Of a stretch of 64,000 bases of DNA, positions 61,458 through 64,000 are shown piece by piece. The notes beneath the pieces are model-generated. The model saw only the letters and a list, made by a program, of their open reading frames with translations. It was not told the DNA's origin and did no database searches. The position numbers and the translations under genes were made by a program. The stretch's first letter is position 1. Every line of letters begins with the position of its first letter. The DNA is from a virus (taxonomy: Duplodnaviria > Caudoviricetes), in the IMG/VR virus record IMGVR_UViG_3300029288_000066, positions 32,001-96,000 of that record; one strand, given 5' to 3'.

Positions 61458-61908
61458 TTTTGTTTAACTTCTCTTTTACAATTTGAGAAACAATTTTTCC
61501 ATCGGCCTGACCTGCATATTTTGAATTAAAAGCTCCCATTACACTACCCATTTCTTTCATAGATGTAGCTCCAATTTCTAAAATTAAAGAATCGACAATC
61601 TTCTCAACATCTTCTTTGCTCATTTGAGCTGGCAGATAAGTGTTAAGGATTTCAATTTCCTTCAAAATGTCTTCTGGGACTTCACGCCCTGCAGCTTCGC
61701 ACTCTGTTTTAGTAACCTCATGGTTCTTTTTGAGTTTCTTTAAAACTGCCAAAATTCCATCATCGTTTAAATGAAATCCCACGGCACCACGACCATCTTC
61801 CAGTGCCACTTCTCCCAAAATAACTTGAATTAAGCTTCTTTTTACAATGTCTCTTGACATCAAGGCTTTTTTCAAATCTTCTTTTAATTTTTCTTTAAGT
61901 GTTTGCAT
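61444..61908 (-). CDS. GatB/YqeY domain protein
   Basis: LK.DLKKAL; EIEILNTYLPAQMS; MKEMGSVMG; ADGKIVSQIVKEKL. Confidence 0.9.
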   Translation of the reverse strand: MQTLKEKLKEDLKKALMSRDIVKRSLIQVILGEVALEDGRGAVGFHLNDDGILAVLKKLKKNHEVTKTECEAAGREVPEDILKEIEILNTYLPAQMSKEDVEKIVDSLILEIGATSMKEMGSVMGAFNSKYAGQADGKIVSQIVKEKLNKNVQP

Positions 61909-61918
61909 AATTGTTTTT

Positions 61919-62353
61919 TTAACAAAATTCTAATTCCTTTTTATTTTTAACACAATATTCCATTCCTTCAGCCAGCTTTAATGCCTGTATTTTGTCATAG
62001 TCTTCATCATTCCAATCTTTGATTAGCTCTCTTAATCTGGGCGCAATCTTTTTACATTGACCTGCTGTTAAATGTCCCTCACAATCACTATGATTTAATA
62101 AATCAACTATGGGGTCTTGTATTTTGTCCCATTTTAAAGGCCCTTTTGGAAGCCAACTGAAGCTTTCGTCAATGACTTTTGTTCCAACAGTCTTTATAGT
62201 TTTTTCTACCTTTGAATATTCATCATATCCAGGAATCCAAAACCCTTCCATTAAACTAAGGCAAATCCCAATTTCCATTGCCAGTCGCTCTCTAAAAATA
62301 TCAAATCCAGAATAAGCCCACTGTGCATCTGCATGATTAAAACCTAAACCCAT
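61919..62353 (-). CDS. Hypothetical protein
   Basis: WAYSGF..FR; LLNHSDCEG motif. Confidence 0.6.
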   Translation of the reverse strand: MGLGFNHADAQWAYSGFDIFRERLAMEIGICLSLMEGFWIPGYDEYSKVEKTIKTVGTKVIDESFSWLPKGPLKWDKIQDPIVDLLNHSDCEGHLTAGQCKKIAPRLRELIKDWNDEDYDKIQALKLAEGMEYCVKNKKELEFC

Positions 62354-62633
62354 AAAATTATTTTTAAATTAATTAAATAAAATTCTCTCTGAACCAAGCT
62401 TTTGGAACGTTTTCGTCAATCCACTTCAAAGCTTCTGGCTTAACAAATGTAAACAAAAAATCGTACATTTCTTCCTCATAGATTTCACAATCAGAGTCCC
62501 AAGATATTTGATATTCGTCCGATATTCCGTCTATTGTTGGCATAGCTATATCCATCACCTTTTGAGCTTGTTGCTCAAACATTCCAAGATGAACCAGAGC
62601 ATTCTCTATTTTTTGCCTGACAGTCATAACGGT

Positions 62634-62659
62634 GTATACGAATAAAACTAAATAAAGTT
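62634..62659 (-). promoter_or_regulatory. ECF-type promoter TAAC-N16-CGTATA
   Basis: Exact spacing. Confidence 0.65.
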
Positions 62660-62709
62660 ATAAAAAAAAGAAAAAAATTCAATATTTATATAAAACAAAC
62701 CATAAAACC

Positions 62710-63051
62710 ATGAAAAAAAAAGAAGTTGTATTAAAAGAGTTAAGAAAAATCGTCAGAAAGGTAATTGATGAAAATAGTGTCATAAAAAATATAAACGCTA
62801 CAAAAAGACCTTTCACTGTTAGATATGTAAGCCCAAACAAAGATAGAGGAAACGCATTGTACTATACAACGTATGCATCAAATGAAGCTGATGCAAAAAG
62901 ACAAGCGATGGCAAATCCAAAATTTACAAAGTATATGGAATTTGAAATAAGAACTAAGTCTTTTAGAAGAAGGGATTTATATGCTTACATTACTAAAAAT
63001 CTCCAAGACATAGGAAAAGTTCAATTCTTCGAAGGCGACCCCCGTGACTAG
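62710..63051 (+). CDS. Late-type hypothetical protein
   Basis: TATTTATA at 62683; LKELRKIVRKVIDE leader. Confidence 0.6.
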   Translation: MKKKEVVLKELRKIVRKVIDENSVIKNINATKRPFTVRYVSPNKDRGNALYYTTYASNEADAKRQAMANPKFTKYMEFEIRTKSFRRRDLYAYITKNLQDIGKVQFFEGDPRD

Positions 63052-64000
63052 TAAACTGTGCTCTTTTACAATTAAGATTCTGAATAGATATCAAAAAGTA
63101 CATTGTTATATGACAATGCTGTGTTTTTTAATTTTTCAACAAGCACATCTAGTTGTTTGTGCGTTAAATGTTCAAATTTAACTTCCCATCTTTTAAAGAA
63201 AAAATTCTCACCATAATCTTCAATACATCTCACAACTGTTTCATGGTCGAAATCATTTCTAGTATCATGAAACTCTAACCACACTTCAACACCGTTTAAT
63301 TCAACATTAGACTCTATGTGCTTAAGGAGTATTTCCAAACACTCTTTGCTAATTTCATGTGAAATATCACTATCTTCCACATACGCATATGTTTCTTGTA
63401 TTTTACCATCTGGAATATAATCATCTTCATAAAAATCGTCCCAAATATTGATTGGGATTCTCTCTGTATTTTCTATAATATTAATTTAAATTATCCACTT
63501 AGCAATACGATTATCAAGAGAAAAAAGACAGTCCCTTTCTTCAACTTCTTCTTCAAGGATGTACTTTTTAAAATTCATGTAATACAAATTCCCTGGGCAC
63601 CCGAACAATGTTTTGTATGCTTGGAAAATTGTTTCATTTACATAAAAGAAAATCGTTTTTACATATATTCCTTTCGAGATTTTATTCATTTTAAAAATGG
63701 TTGGTTTAACCTCCATCCAAGTTTCATTGCTCATACGGCTCAATTGTATTTTTTGAACCACTTCAAGAATTTGCAGCATTCTTTCTCTTGCAGCAGATTC
63801 TTCATCTCCCAGATTCATTACAAGTTCATCATGAGAAACAAAAATAATATTATCTGGAGGAAGAATCTTTTCCAAATCTTCAACCAATTTCAAGATGTGA
63901 TAATGCTGAATATGTTGAAATCTCTTTGGGTTTAAGTTTCCAAAGACAACCTGCCTGAAACTTTTGCTGAATGAGACTACTGGATGAATTTTTAAATCAG

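Noticed and set aside
1682-63935. Numerous antisense ORFs in the track (e.g. 1682-2083, 4798-5331, 41982-42395, 63396-63935)
   Set aside because: They are shadows of well-supported opposite-strand genes, with Phe/Ile/Ser-rich composition and no motifs.
1-64000. Alternative genetic code (stop-codon reassignment) as in some large Bacteroidota phages
   Set aside because: Conserved genes are full length under code 11, and TAA, TGA and TAG all terminate plausible ORFs.
1-64000. Bacterial chromosome origin (infC, smpB, clpP, coaD, rpoD-like genes)
   Set aside because: These genes lack their normal bacterial operon context (e.g. no rpmI/rplT after infC, no tig/clpX around clpP) and are embedded among phage hypotheticals, DenV, an ATP-dependent ligase and many homing endonucleases.

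Overview
Strongly AT-rich, gene-dense fragment of a large (jumbo-type) dsDNA phage genome using the standard code. The host is most likely Bacteroidota, based on a Bacteroidota-type RpoD paralogue, TAnnTTTG host promoters and a GEN...LAA tmRNA tag. Most genes are on the minus strand and encode nucleotide, repair or translation functions (ligase, RecD2, DenV, SmpB, IF3, Pth2, ClpP, CoaD, MazG-NadD, NADAR, an ABC/OmpA operon). Main observations, several missed by the ORF track: (1) a compact, circularly permuted (two-piece) tmRNA gene at about 52.10-52.37 kb with a 26-aa tag, accompanied by phage SmpB, ClpP, Pth2 and an RNase Z-like gene; (2) four copies of a cassette made of two tiny ribbon-helix-helix-like genes, a conserved ~38-nt box and an interchangeable homing-type endonuclease; (3) three separable promoter classes, host TAnnTTTG, ECF-type AAC-N16-CGTATAA and late-type TATTTAT(A), alongside two phage sigma factors; (4) a catalytically degenerate terminase ATPase domain fused to an RHH. 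Several frameshifts are single-A losses in A-runs and are probably assembly errors. All protein calls come from motif recognition by eye; no searches were run.
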